Origin: Octopus vulgaris
Lineage: Eukaryota
Length of the DNA: 64,000 nt
NCBI GenBank assembly: GCA_951406725.2
Contig: OX597835.1
Coordinates: forward strand, 28,396,001-28,460,000
Reading direction: 5' to 3'
Shown: positions 37,390-49,514 of the stretch, piece after piece
Position numbering within the stretch: position 1 is the stretch's first letter
How the letters are laid out: each line of letters starts with the position of its first letter
Made by a program: the position numbers and the translations under genes
Notes under the pieces: model-generated
What the model saw: the letters and a program-made list of their open reading frames with translations, nothing else
Told to the model about the DNA's origin: nothing
The model's database searches: none

Positions 37390-37867
37390 CTATTTCTTTA
37401 CTACTCACAAGGGGCTAAACACAGAGGGGACAAACAAGGACAGACATAGGTATTAATTCGATTACATCGACTCCAGTGCGTAACTGGTATTTAATTTATC
37501 GACCCCGAAAGGATGAAAGACGAAGTCGACCTTGGCGGAATTTGAACTCAGAACGTAGCAGCAGACGAAATACCTATTTCTTTATTACCCACAAGGGGCT
37601 AAACACAGAGGGGACAAACAAGGACAGAAATTGGTATTAAGTCGATTACATCGACCCCCAGTGCGTAACTGGTACTTAATTAATCGACCCCGAAAGGATG
37701 AAAGGAAAAGTCGACCTCGGCGGAATTTGAACTCAGAACGTAACGGCAGACGAAATACGGCTACGCAATTCGTCCGACGTGCTAACGTTTCTGCCAGCTC
37801 GCAGCAGACGAAATACCGCTAAGCATTTCGCCCGGCATGCTAACGATTCTGCCAGCTCGCCGCCTTA
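37390..37867 (-). mobile_element. SINE family A tandem dimer with a duplicated head segment
   Basis: Two consecutive family A bodies plus a repeated gacgaaatac...tctgccagctcgc segment. Confidence 0.85.
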
Positions 37868-38289
37868 AAAGATCACGATCGACCCGGGACTAAAAAACTA
37901 CAACAGGGTGGTTATGGTTGGAACGCGGTTGGTCGTAGGCTTGTTGAGTCAAAGTTGCTTGGTGTTCATCAATACTTTAGAAAGGATATCGTACACAACT
38001 GAGTGGAAATATAATTAAAAGAATATTTAATTTTGAGGGAGATGTGATTGCTATTTCTAAGGAGGAGGTCGGTCTCGTAGGAAGAATCCAGTTGTTGTTT
38101 ATCCTCAGGTCAGCCCTGATAGAGCAAGCTCTCTGATCAAAGGCCTTCTGGCCTTGTCCTTCCCTCTTGGTTCCTACACGAACTGAACTTGAGACCTATC
38201 ATCCCAGGGTGTGATTTGAGCACCATTTGGCTACTATTTCTCACAAAGTGGACACCTGCAGAGTATCTTCTGATTGGGTTGTACCTAAG

Positions 38290-38720
38290 GGGATTTTGAT
38301 AATATTTTGCAGGTCAAACCACCTCATAAACTTATTCCTTCCTGTTTTGAGAGGGGATTTAGGGAATTTGTGGAATTTAGTTCTTATTTCTAGCACCTCG
38401 AACGTCTATGTAGTGGCTCCATTTCTGGACTTGTTCCTTCCTCTTTTAAGAGAGTATGTTGTCGGTTAAAGGAAATTTAGTTAATTTGTAGCAGGCTGAA
38501 CTACCACGTAGACTGTCCTCTTTGTGGTCTTTATCCTTCCTATTTGAAGATAACATGTTGTAGCACAAAGGGAATTAAGTTGCTATTTTTGGCAGATTGT
38601 ACTACCACAGAGAGGTCACTTTTTATTGACTTGTTCCTTCATTTTTTAAGAAGGTATGCTGTAGTTTGACTGGAGATTTGGTTGCTATTTCTAACAGATC
38701 AAAGCTACTCATTGTTGGCC
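38290..38720. repeat. Diverged ~100-bp tandem array
   Basis: Variants of ctt(g/a)ttccttcc...ttttaag recur at ~38331, 38430, 38530 and 38630, interleaved with g(a)tttggttgctatttctagca variants. Confidence 0.6.
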
Positions 38721-39062
38721 TCGTTTTCGTTCCGTTTTTTTTTTGCACGTGTTTATGTGTGATATGAGGTTTTGTCTGTGTGTGTGTGTGTGTGTGTGTG
38801 TATTGTGTATGTATGCATGTGTCTGCGTGCGTATTTGTACGATTTTTTTTCTTTTTGTCTTATGTTGGATTATCTTCTAATCCGCACTGTAAAACATTTT
38901 AATTACCATTGCCAGAGGTATTCAGAGTGATGTTTGTTAGTTCATCTTTAAACCAGTGCACTAGGTAAATAGAGCTTTGCGAACTGCTTTGCAAAGTGAG
39001 TGGTGGTGGTGACGACGATAATAATAATAATAATAGTAATAATAATAATAATAGTAATAATA

Positions 39063-39262
39063 ATCATCATCATCATCATCGTTTAGTGTCCGCTTTCCAT
39101 GCTGGCATGGGTTGGACGGTGCAACTGGAGTCTGAGAAGCCAGAAGGCTGCACCAGGCCCAGTCTGATCTGGCAATGTTTCTACGGCTGGATGCCCTTCC
39201 TAACGCCAACCACTCCGTGAGTGTAGTGGGTGCTTTTTACGTGCCACCGGCATAGGTGCCAG
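39063..39262 (-). mobile_element. RTE 3' end (family D)
   Basis: (CAT)n tail and the family D consensus. Confidence 0.85.
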
Positions 39263-40176
39263 ACTAAGAAGCAGAGGTCCGGAAAGTATTGTCATGGAGG
39301 AAGAGTCAGCCAAGATGCAGGCAAGGAACATGCCGGATGGACAATACTACAAGTGGTGAGGCAGCTGGAAAACCTGCACTTAAGCAGGGAAACTTTAGTT
39401 GTAATGCTATTAAGGCGCCACAGGCATACAGTACATAATGACAGTGATGATGATATTTGTAAGAGCTTGTGTGTGTGTGTGTGTGTGTATACCACTTATG
39501 ATATGACCTTGAATTTGCTTCTCAATACAAATCATTATGTTTGTGTATGTATCTGTGTGTGTGTGTGTTTGAGAGAGAGAAAGAGAGATAACTCATTGAA
39601 TCATTGCTATCTTTTAAGTGGTGTTTCAAAGCAATTTGCTCTCAGATCAGGACGATTAAAGTGTGAAGTGTGTTTGACTCTGTGTATATAAGGTGTTAAG
39701 AGTAGTTTGCGAGTAATAATTAGGATCTAAAAGGGTCAAAGGTCTTTCCTGAACATTAGGCTTGCAAGGCCAGTTCCCTTATATTCTGTGGTGTAAATAT
39801 TCCCCCCTGAATGTGTGTGTGGGGGTACTGGTGATCGTTGCAGAATTACTAATTTTTGCCAGCTGAGTTGACTGGAGCGATATGAAATGAAATATTTTTT
39901 TCGCTTAAGAACACAATGCATTGCCTAGTCCAGGTATTGAAACCACAATCTTACTATCATGAATTCCAACACCCTAACCACTAAGCCACAAATGCTCTTT
40001 TACAAATTTACTTGTTCCAAGTTGAGAGCTATGGCCATGCTGGGGGCTTTGCCGTTGGTGTTGCTACATCTTCATTAACCCATTAGTATTCAAACTGGCC
40101 AAATATTCTACCTGTTTTATGTTTAAACTGGCCAGATCCAGCCTATCACACCTACCTCACAATGTCGTTTTAAAAA

Positions 40177-40553
40177 TAGGAGTGGCTGTGTGGTAAGTAG
40201 CTTGCTAACCAACCACATGGTTCCGGGTTCATTCCTACTGCATGTCACCTTGGGCAAGTATCTTCTACTATAGCCTCAGGCCAACCAAAGCTTTGTGAGT
40301 GGATTTGGTAGATGGAAACTGAAAGAAGCCTGTCGTATATATGTTTGTGCGTCTTTGTTTGTCCCCCAACATCGCTTGACAATTGACGCTGGTGTGTTTA
40401 CGTCTCCGTAACTTAATGGTTCGGCAAAATAGACTGATGGAATATGTACTAGGCTTATAAAGAATAAGACCTGGGGTCGATTTGCTTGACTAAAGGCGGT
40501 GCACCAGCATGGCCACAGTCAAATTACTGAAACAAGTAAAAGAGTAAAAGAGA
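40177..40553 (+). mobile_element. SINE family B inserted in a piggyBac-like MITE (40076-40615)
   Basis: Full family B copy. The flanks join into a ttaaccc...aaaggg MITE of the 41424/51600 family. Confidence 0.8.
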
Positions 40554-42424
40554 GATTAATTCAAAAACAAAGTGAATAAAGAGGTTGGACAGATTATCCT
40601 GAATGCTAAAGGGATAATCCTCTTTCAATTGTTGGCATTTGGTAAATGTGATGAATCATGTTCCAGTTCAGTTTTAATGACCATCAGTCTCTTTGTTCAA
40701 ACTGGACATCCTTTTGTTTTTTTTGTTTGTTTCGGTCATTTTGACTGGCCATGCTGCAGCTCCACCTTTGATCGAACAAATCAACCCCTGGACGGGATGC
40801 TGGTCCATCTCAGGGTTACTCATTTTTTGCCGGCTGAGTGGACTGGAGCAACATCAAATGAAGTGCTTTGCTCAAGAACGCAACGCGTTGCCCGGTCCAG
40901 GAATCGAAACCTCAATCTTACTTACAATCATGAGTTCAACACTCCTAACCACTAAGCCATGTGCCTCTGCTCATAATGGGATACACTGTGATTCGTTAGC
41001 TGGATTAACCATTAAGCAAAATAAGCATGTGCTTAGGGCATCAATGGAAGGTGAGAGGCGCCACAGAAATGGTAAATATGGTTTACTGCACAAAACAAAA
41101 CCACTTTGAACTTGCTAAAATAATATTTGAAGTGGTTTATATGATTGGAAATATAATTTCGAAGTGTTCATGGTGTCAGAGTGAAGATGTGGAGGCACGT
41201 GGCTTAATGGTTAGTGTATTGGGTTCATGATTGTAAGATTGTGGTTTCGATTCATGGATCAGGCTACATGCTGTGTTCTTGGGTAAAACACTTCATTTCA
41301 TGTTGCTCCATGTCCACTCAGCTGGCAAAAATGAGTAATTCCATGACAGACCAGTGTCCTATCCAGATGGGGAATACATAACTGATAGGTTTTGGCCAGT
41401 ATAGGCCCAGACCGTATCTAACTTAACCCTTTAGTGTTCACATTATTCTGCCAAAACTAATGCTTCTTCATCCACATTGTTTTGAACTAATCATGCATTA
41501 TCTTGTAGCTATGAGATTTTGATGAGGTAGCTGTTGATTTTTAAAACGATATTGTAGGGTTGGTGTAAGAGACCAGATCTGGCCAGTTTGAACATAAAAC
41601 AGGCAGAATACTTTTGGCTGGATATGGCCGGTTTAAATTACCTGGTGAAGTCTTTTAGTCATATATGGGGCACCATGGCCCACTCTAGCAAAGAGTTATT
41701 ATTATTGGAAACTTATCTGGTGTACACATTTGGTCCCGGACTTTTTGAAGAAATTTGTCTGGGGAACTTTTGAATTTTATGGGATCAGTTTCAGTTTTGA
41801 TGTAATTTGGCATGGTATTAAAAAGAGCTGGACCGGTTGAGATAAATTAGTTGTGGTGTGATGTTATGTGTCCTGAGTTAGATTTTTATAGTGGGTGGAT
41901 AGCAGGGGGGGGGGGGCAAGTCTTGGGTGGATTTTAAAATTGATGCCAACATCATTTGTGCAATATTGATGGAATATTTTCCACCTCATGCAAATGATGT
42001 AGTGCTCATGGCAGTGTCGGAGAGAGTAGAGATTGAATTTTCTTTAGTCAACTCCGACAGTCAATGCCTGTCATGCTGTCTACCTTTCTTGTTATTGACC
42101 TCTGGAGTGCTTCCACTTTCATAACATCATGAAACTGCGAAACCAGCTCTTAATGAGTCTGCATGCCTCGAGAAGGTAACTTTACCTAACTTTTTACCAT
42201 AGGTAGGATCTGATCAAAGACTTTGCAATTAAAATAAATAGGAGATAACTTTTCAAATATAAATAAATTGGAAATATACAACCATAATTATTTTCCATTT
42301 TAATGTTAGTTTTGTTTCATTTAAAAAAATAAATTTTGAATTACATATGTATGGTGTGTGTGTGTGTGGGGGGCACGAAACTGTTTTAAGTGCTGGGTCT
42401 TCATATGGCTGTATAGTCTACTAT

Positions 42425-42803
42425 GTGGAGGCGCAATGGCCCAGTGGTTAGGGCAGTGGACTCGCGGTCATAGGATCGCAGTTTCGATTCCCAGACCGGG
42501 CGTTGTGAGTGTTTATTGAGCGAAAACGCCTAAAAGCTCCACGAGGCTCCGGCAGGGATGGTGGTGATCCCTGCTGTACTCTTTCACCACAACTTTCTCT
42601 CACTCTTACTTCCTGTTTCTGTTATACCTGTATTTCAAAGGGCCGGCCTTGTCACTCTCTGTGTCACGCTGAACATCCCGAGAACTACGTTAAGGGTACA
42701 CGTGTCTGTGGAGTGTTTAGCCACTTACACGTTAATTTCACGAGCAGGCTGTTCCGTTGATCGGATCAACCGGAACCCTCATCGTCGTAACTGACGGAGT
42801 GCT
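42425..42803 (+). mobile_element. SINE family C, long form
   Basis: tRNA-like head as at 10056, with a different 3' part ending gtcgtaactgacggagtgc. Confidence 0.8.
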
Positions 42804-42962
42804 TCCAAATCCATGGTCTACTATAGTTAAAAGTGTTCCAGCCATGACCGTATCGAAGACTATATTATTTAATTTGTTTTTCTGTTTTTTGTTGTGGTTT
42901 GAAAGGAATTTAGTTGTTGTGTTTAGCATTCCGAGAACAGTCACAGAAGATTGGTGGATCGC

Positions 42963-43577
42963 AGGTGGCTATTGTGATTGTGGTTGTGCTATTGATGGTT
43001 GTAGTATTGTTGGTAGTTGTAGTGTTATTAGTGGTGATTGTGGTGTTGTTGGTGGTTGTGGTGGTGGTTGTAGTGTTATTGGTGATAGTGGTGTTGGTGG
43101 TGGTTGTAGTGTTGTTGGTGGTTGTGGTGGTGGATGTAGTGTTATTGGTAGTTGTGGTGGTAGTTGTAGTGTTATTAGTGGTTATGGTGTTGTTGGTGGT
43201 TGTGGTGGTGGATGTAGTGTTGTTGGTGGTTGTGGTGGTGGATGTAGCTTTATTGGTGATGGATGTAGTGTTGTTGGTGGTGGTTTTGGTGGTGGATGTA
43301 GTGTTGTTGGTGGTGGTTTTGGTGGTGGATGTAGTGTTATTGGTGGTTGTGGTGTTGTGGTGGTGTGGTGTTGTTGGTGGTGGTTGTGGTGGTTGATGTA
43401 GTGTTGTTGGTGGTGATTGTGGTGTTGGTAGTAGTTGTGGTGTTGGTGGTGGATGTAGTGTTATTGGTGGTTGTGGTGGTGGATGTAGTGTTGGTGGTGA
43501 TTGTGGTGTTGGTGGTAGTTGTGTTGTTGGTGGTTGTGGTGGTGGATGTAGTGTTGGTAGTGGTTGTGGTGTTGGAG
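42963..43577. repeat. GGT/GTT/AGT trinucleotide low-complexity tract
   Basis: Directly visible, with higher-order ggtggtggatgtagtgttgtt units. Confidence 0.9.
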
Positions 43578-44954
43578 GTTAAGATGAGAGGTGTAGTACC
43601 CCAGGAAACTGATATTCTCTTCACTCACAACTAAACACAGATGTTACTCTGAAACCGATCAGGTGAGCACGATGTGCAGACATTTTGTTGTGAGAGTGAA
43701 CGAGCATGTGACAGAATAGGTGTGCAATGCATTGGCGGGAAACAGGTAAGATGTATGGGCGGTAGGGGTGAAATTGTGCACCTGACACCCACTTTTTCTC
43801 CACTCGTGGTCCCTCGGGGCGGGGTGGTGTTTTTCAGAAGATAGTGATTGTTAATTGTAGTGGCAGAGAGAGAAAGAGAGGAGGGAGAGCTAGAAGAGAC
43901 GGTGATAAGGAGAGGTGAGTAGAAATAAGAGAGAACATAGGTGAGTACATTGAAAAGCAGAGATAACAATAGATGGATAGATTAAGGGAGATAATACACA
44001 CGTTCACCCCCCCCCCCCGCCCACACATGTACATACATACATAGATAGAGAGTGAAATGTAGAGTGAGGTAGGTAGCGGTGAAAGGTAGACAAATGCAGG
44101 GAGAGACAGAAAGACAATACGGACAGATGTATGGCAGAGTGTTTGAGAGACCGATCATGTTTGTTTAGCAAGAGGGTATGAGCTGTTGGAGGGGTGATCG
44201 TGTGTGTGGGTGGCGGGTGGAGCAGACAGTCTACAAGAAATTAAACAGATGGAAAAAGGAAAATACTGAGCTGGAAGGAAGGAGAGAGAGAGACTGAAAC
44301 CAGTTAAGGAATATTTGTCGCTGTTTAACCCCAGGTCAGCTCTGTTTAAGCAAACCTTAAAATCTAAGACATTCCAGCAATGGTAATCCTGTCTTATTCA
44401 AATAGTCTCTCTGGTGATGTTTGTCTCTCTTGCAGCTTTTCCCTTCATGGGCGCTGAGGTTGTTTATTTCGCCAATATTCACATTAAATTCATGGTTATG
44501 GTGGTGGTGGTAGTGGTGGTGGGTTGCTTATTTAACAGAGGACCCAGTCTGACTCTTGCATTCCACGAGGTCCTCCCTTGTTTGGTTTTTCCAGTATCAT
44601 GTTAACTATCCAATTAAATGCACCAGTTTATATTTCTTTAAAAAGTCTGTTGGGTAAGATTTGAGGGAGATTTGGCTGTTGTTTCTAGCGACCAGATAGC
44701 AATATCCCTTGTTGGCTTGAAGAACATAAAATTTTGTGTGTGTGTGTGCGAATACATTTTTTAGAAGAGATTACAAATGTTGGCATGAAATTTATTTCAT
44801 TTTGTTGTCTCATATTTTACTTTCTTTTCTTTTCTTTCTTTTTTTTTTTTTTTGTTAATGAACTTTTTCCTGACAAGAATATTTCAGAAATTCGGAAATT
44901 TGTATTCTGTCTTATGCACACTCATGACCAGACGTGTGTGTGTGTGTGTGTATG

Positions 44955-44999
<45 letters not shown>

Positions 45000-45030
45000 A
45001 TAGATGTGCGTGTGTATATATGTGTATATA

Positions 45031-45260
45031 GAGGGTTGGCCAAAAGTCATCTAACAGTAAATCGAAACCATTTAATTCTAAGATTTATTTATGTTTAACA
45101 ACTGAATGAATTTAGTTAATAAAAGTATCTAAATATGAAACATCATGAAAATTGTTCAAAAAGAAGTCCTTGAGCAAGACATTTTCCCACTCGAGTCAAT
45201 ACAGAATTACAGATATTATTTATGGAATTTTTACTGTCAGGTGACTTTTGGCCAACCCTG
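45031..45260. mobile_element. Tc1-like MITE
   Basis: TIRs (c)agggttggccaaaagtca.ct.acagtaaa / tttactgtcaggtgacttttggccaaccctg in a TA context. Confidence 0.8.
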
Positions 45261-45732
45261 TGTATGTATATATATATATATATGTATAAATACAAAATAG
45301 GACAAGAATGCAAAACATCTAGAAGACGATACAAAAATTTTCCAAGGAATCTCATGCTCTTAGCTTAGTTTTTCCTTGGGGACTGGCCAGATTGGAGCAA
45401 TCTCAAGATTAAAGACTTCGAATGACCCGTCCATGTTTTTTGTATCGTCTTCTGGATGTTTTGCGTTCTCGTCCCATTTTGTATTTTTATATATATATAG
45501 CAGCATACGTACACTTAGTTCTCTTATATATATATATATAGTAAATCCAGAAAAAGAAGAACAAACATGATAAAAAACAACCACACGCGGATGTACGTGT
45601 GGGTATGTGCGTGCATGCTGGTCTATGTGTGTGTGTAATAATAGCACGTGTGTGTGTGTGTGTGCGTTGTGTGAGGTATGTGTGCATTCCTGTGGGTGTA
45701 TTAGCAGTTGCTCAGGAAAGGAAAGAAAGATG

Positions 45733-45768
45733 GTTTAACGTTTCTAGCAGACGCTCTTCTTCAGGAAT
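45733..45768 (-). ncRNA. Hammerhead core in a Penelope-like remnant (stems partly decayed)
   Basis: Minus strand: attc CTGAAGA a gagc-gtct-gcta GAA acgt T aaac. Confidence 0.45.
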
Positions 45769-46102
45769 AGAGGAAAGTCGAAAAGAAGGGAAGACGGAGA
45801 AAGAAAATCACCAACAATTCACATGTGATTACATTTTGAAATGACTGAAGGGGAATGGATGAAGGAAAAGTTCTTTCTAAGACAGGAGAGTGTGAGAGAA
45901 GGAGGTACGTGTGGGTATGTGCGTGCATGCTGGTCTATGTGTGTGTGTAATAATAGCACGTGTGTGTGTGTGTGTGCGTTGTGTGAGGTATGTGTGCATT
46001 CATGTGGGTGTGTGCGCATGTATATACGTATGTATAAGTATATATATGTGTGTGTGTGTGTAGATATAAATAGATGTATGTATATGTATATATATAATAT
46101 AT

Positions 46103-46180
46103 TCAAAATAAGTAACAAGAATGACTCCGGTAATTTGGTACGTACCAAATTACCAGAGTCATTCTTGTTGCTTATTTTGA
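46103..46180. repeat. Spacerless palindrome, 39-bp arms
   Basis: tcaaaataagtaacaagaatgactccggtaatttggtac|gtaccaaattaccagagtcattcttgttgcttattttga, 2 mismatches. Confidence 0.9.
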
Positions 46181-47089
46181 TTATAATCACCCCCACGGAT
46201 TTTTATGGATAACACCATACAGAATTCTGGTGCATCTAAATTAAGTACCATATTCATTTGAATCTAAATTTTTGCTGAACTTATATATACATACTCGCAC
46301 TGAATACACATATATATATATCTATATACGTATGTATCATCATCATGATACATATGATGATGATGTATATTCTTTTATTCTTTTACTTGTTTCAGTCATT
46401 TGACTGTGGCCATGCTGGGGCACTGCCTTTAGTTGAACAAATCGACCCAGTACTTATTCTTTGTAAGCCTAGTACTTACTCTATCGGTTTCTTTTGCTGA
46501 ACCGCTAAGTTTCGGGAACATAAATACACCAGTATCGGACACAAATACACACACACACACATACATATACGACTGGCTTCTTTCAGTTTCCGTCTACCAA
46601 ATCCACTTACAAGACTTTGGTCGGCCCGAGGCTATAGTAGAAGGCACTTATCCAAGGTGCCATGCAGTGGGACTGAACCTGGAACCGTATTTGGGAAGCA
46701 AGTTTCTTACCATGCAGCCACTCCTGCGCCTAGCTGGCACACACGTTAGCGCACCGGGCGAAATGCTTAGCGGTATTTCGTCTGTCGTTACGTTCTGAGT
46801 TCAAATTCAGATAAATTAAGTACCAGTTATGCACTGGGGGCGATATAATCGACTCAATCCCTTCGTCTGTCCTTGTTTGTCCCCTCTATGTTTAGCCCCT
46901 TGTGGGCAATAAAGAAATATATACACATCATCATCGTTTAATATCCGTTTGCCATGCTAGCATGGGTTGGACGATTCAACCAGGGTCTGGGAAGCCATGA
47001 TCGGTTGGTTGTTTTTTACGTGCCACCGACACGGAAGCCAGTCAAGGCGGCGCTGTAAATATATGTGTGTGTGTGTGTATATATATATA

Positions 47090-47470
47090 TTACTCTTTTA
47101 CTTGTATCAGTCATTTGACTGCGGCCATGCTGGAGCACCGTCTTTAATCGAGCAACTTGACCCCGGGACTTATTCTTTTGTAAGCCCAGTACTTATTCTA
47201 TCGGTCTCTTTTGCCGAACCGCTAAGTAACGGGAACATAAACACACTAGCATCGGTTGTCAAGCAATGCTAGGGGGACAAACACACACACGCATATATAT
47301 ATATATACGACGGGCTTATTTCAGTTTCCGTCTACCAAATCCACTCACAAGGCTTTGGTTGGCCCGAGGCTGTAGTAGAAGACACTTGCCCAAGGTGACA
47401 CGCAGTGGGACTGAACCCGGAACCATGTGGTTGGTAAACAAGCTACTTACCACACAGCCACTCCTGTGCC
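47090..47470 (-). mobile_element. SINE family B (other copies at ~46370-, 49190-, 50001+, 50891-, 52129+, 59785-, 62042-, 63871-)
   Basis: Family B consensus. Confidence 0.9.
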
Positions 47471-49478
47471 TATATATATATATTTATGTAGAATTATATC
47501 ACTAGTTATGCCAGTGATAATGGTAACAGCAAAAAATGTATGGTGGAGGTTTGTATTTGTGTGTGTCAGTGTATATTTTCCAATGTCTGTCTCCAGTTTT
47601 TTTTTTACCGCAAATCTGTAGCAGTTATCTGCTCTCTGTCCCCTCCTCCTGTTCCTGCCATGCCACTCACCTTCATCAGTTTTTCTACAGCTGACATGTA
47701 AATTTGCTGGTTAGCTTCCCCTCTCCCTACATTGCCCCCCCTCCTCCTCCGCCGCTCCAACTACATTACACCCCACACCTCTGGGTCATTCTCCTTGACA
47801 TACAATAAGTGTAGCAGGACTGGTGGAATGTAGCAGTGGTCTGCATCGTTCATCTGTCCGTCTGTCCATCCAGCCATATGTTTGTTCATCTGTACGGCTG
47901 GTAAATTAGTGAGTATAAACAGTTCATAAGTTCAAGTTTTGTCTGCTGTGATTTGGATAAGTGCGAAAACGGTTAGTGTTCTTCAATAAGGATCCTCTCT
48001 TGAAATATAAAAAAAAAAATTTTTTTAAATCACTCTTCGACACTTCTGCTTGAAATGTTAAACCATTTCCTCTGCCTCAAAACATGCTTACCACCCCACC
48101 TTTGCCACACCATCCAAACCCAAAAATAACAAATTTATTATGATGCTAATTCAGATGATTTAATATTTATGGTCAGACGTTCCAGCCATGACCGTCACTA
48201 CCATATTTTTTGCAGACAGTATATAATGTTAGGTATTACATTATCTAAATCTGAAGCAAAGCGCTATTTCAGACTGGAAGGCCACATTTGAAGTTAAATG
48301 CCATGTCTGACTAACAATGTTGCATTTCAAAAAATAATTTTTATACTGTTAAAACTATTATTTCATAAAATATAATTATTCATAAAAAAGTTCTAAAATA
48401 TTGTAAAAAATATCTAAAGTTTTGGAATTTGCAGTAAGAGTCCCCACCATAACTTCATTTATAATTTTGTGTTTTTTTAGAACATTTCTCCTGGCTTATG
48501 TTTTGACTAATTTATTACCATATTCCTGCTGAAGTAATAAGTTTTTTTTTTCAAATAGTTTTGGCAATAATGAAAAATTCATTAAAATAACTTTGTCGTT
48601 ATTACACTGTCATTATAAACATTTTGTCATTATTACCCTTTGGTTACCATATTTTTGTTAAGATGTTCTGTGTTTCTTTCAATTACTTTTAAATATAACG
48701 AAGTGGCACGTAAAAAGCACCATCTGAACGTGGGCGATGCCAGCGCCGCCTTGACTAGCTTCCGTGCTGGTGGCACGTAAAAAACACCAATCCGATCGTG
48801 GCTGTTGCCAGCCTCGCCTGGCACGTAACAAGCACCCACTACACTCTCGGAGTGGTTGGCGTTAGGAAGGGCATCCAGCTGTAGAAACACTGCCAGATCA
48901 GATTGGAGCCTGGTGCAGCCTTCTGGCTTCCCAGATCCCCGGTTGAACTGTCCAACCCATGCTAGCATGGAGAACGGACGTTAAACGATGATGAATTTAG
49001 TAAAATAACTTAGTTGTCATTAAGCTAGTGTTAGGAACACAAATTGTGACTAAGGTTTGTTGAAAGATTTTAATTCAGAACTTTTGAAAACAAGGCATTT
49101 GTATCACAGAACCAGCTGGGTTGGTAATGAAAGGGTTAAGGTGGTGTTCTAGCAGAATGGTTAGCATTTCAGGCAAAATCCTGTATTCTTTTATTCTTTC
49201 AGTCATTCTTTGTAAGCCCAGTACTTTTTCTATCACTCTCTTTTGCTGAACCACTAAGTTAAACACACCAACATCACCTGTCAAGCAATGGTGAGGGGAC
49301 AACCACACACACATACGTTAATGTACACACACATAAATGTACACACACACACACAAATGTATACTCACACACATAAATGTACACTCACACACATAAATGT
49401 ACACACACACACACACATAAATGTATACACACACATAAATGTACACACACACATAAATGTACACACACACACATAAAT

Positions 49479-49514
<36 letters not shown>

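Noticed and set aside
42048-42175. AG/GT-bounded candidate exon
   Set aside because: Stops in all frames, and adjacent to a degenerate RT-like HANDVVL motif; insufficient support.
42425-42500. tRNA gene
   Set aside because: It has A and B boxes but continues into a SINE body found in several copies; a tRNA-derived head only.
42757-43401. 214-aa Gly/Cys/Val-rich ORF (GGCGGGCSVIG) resembling structural proteins
   Set aside because: It begins inside a SINE, lies in a trinucleotide low-complexity tract that is also open in another frame, and has no signal peptide or exon context.
47671-47697. MSAVEKLMK resemblance to the huntingtin N-terminus (MATLEKLMK)
   Set aside because: Only 9 residues; the AFESLK continuation is absent and I found no matching next exon, so chance similarity is likely.
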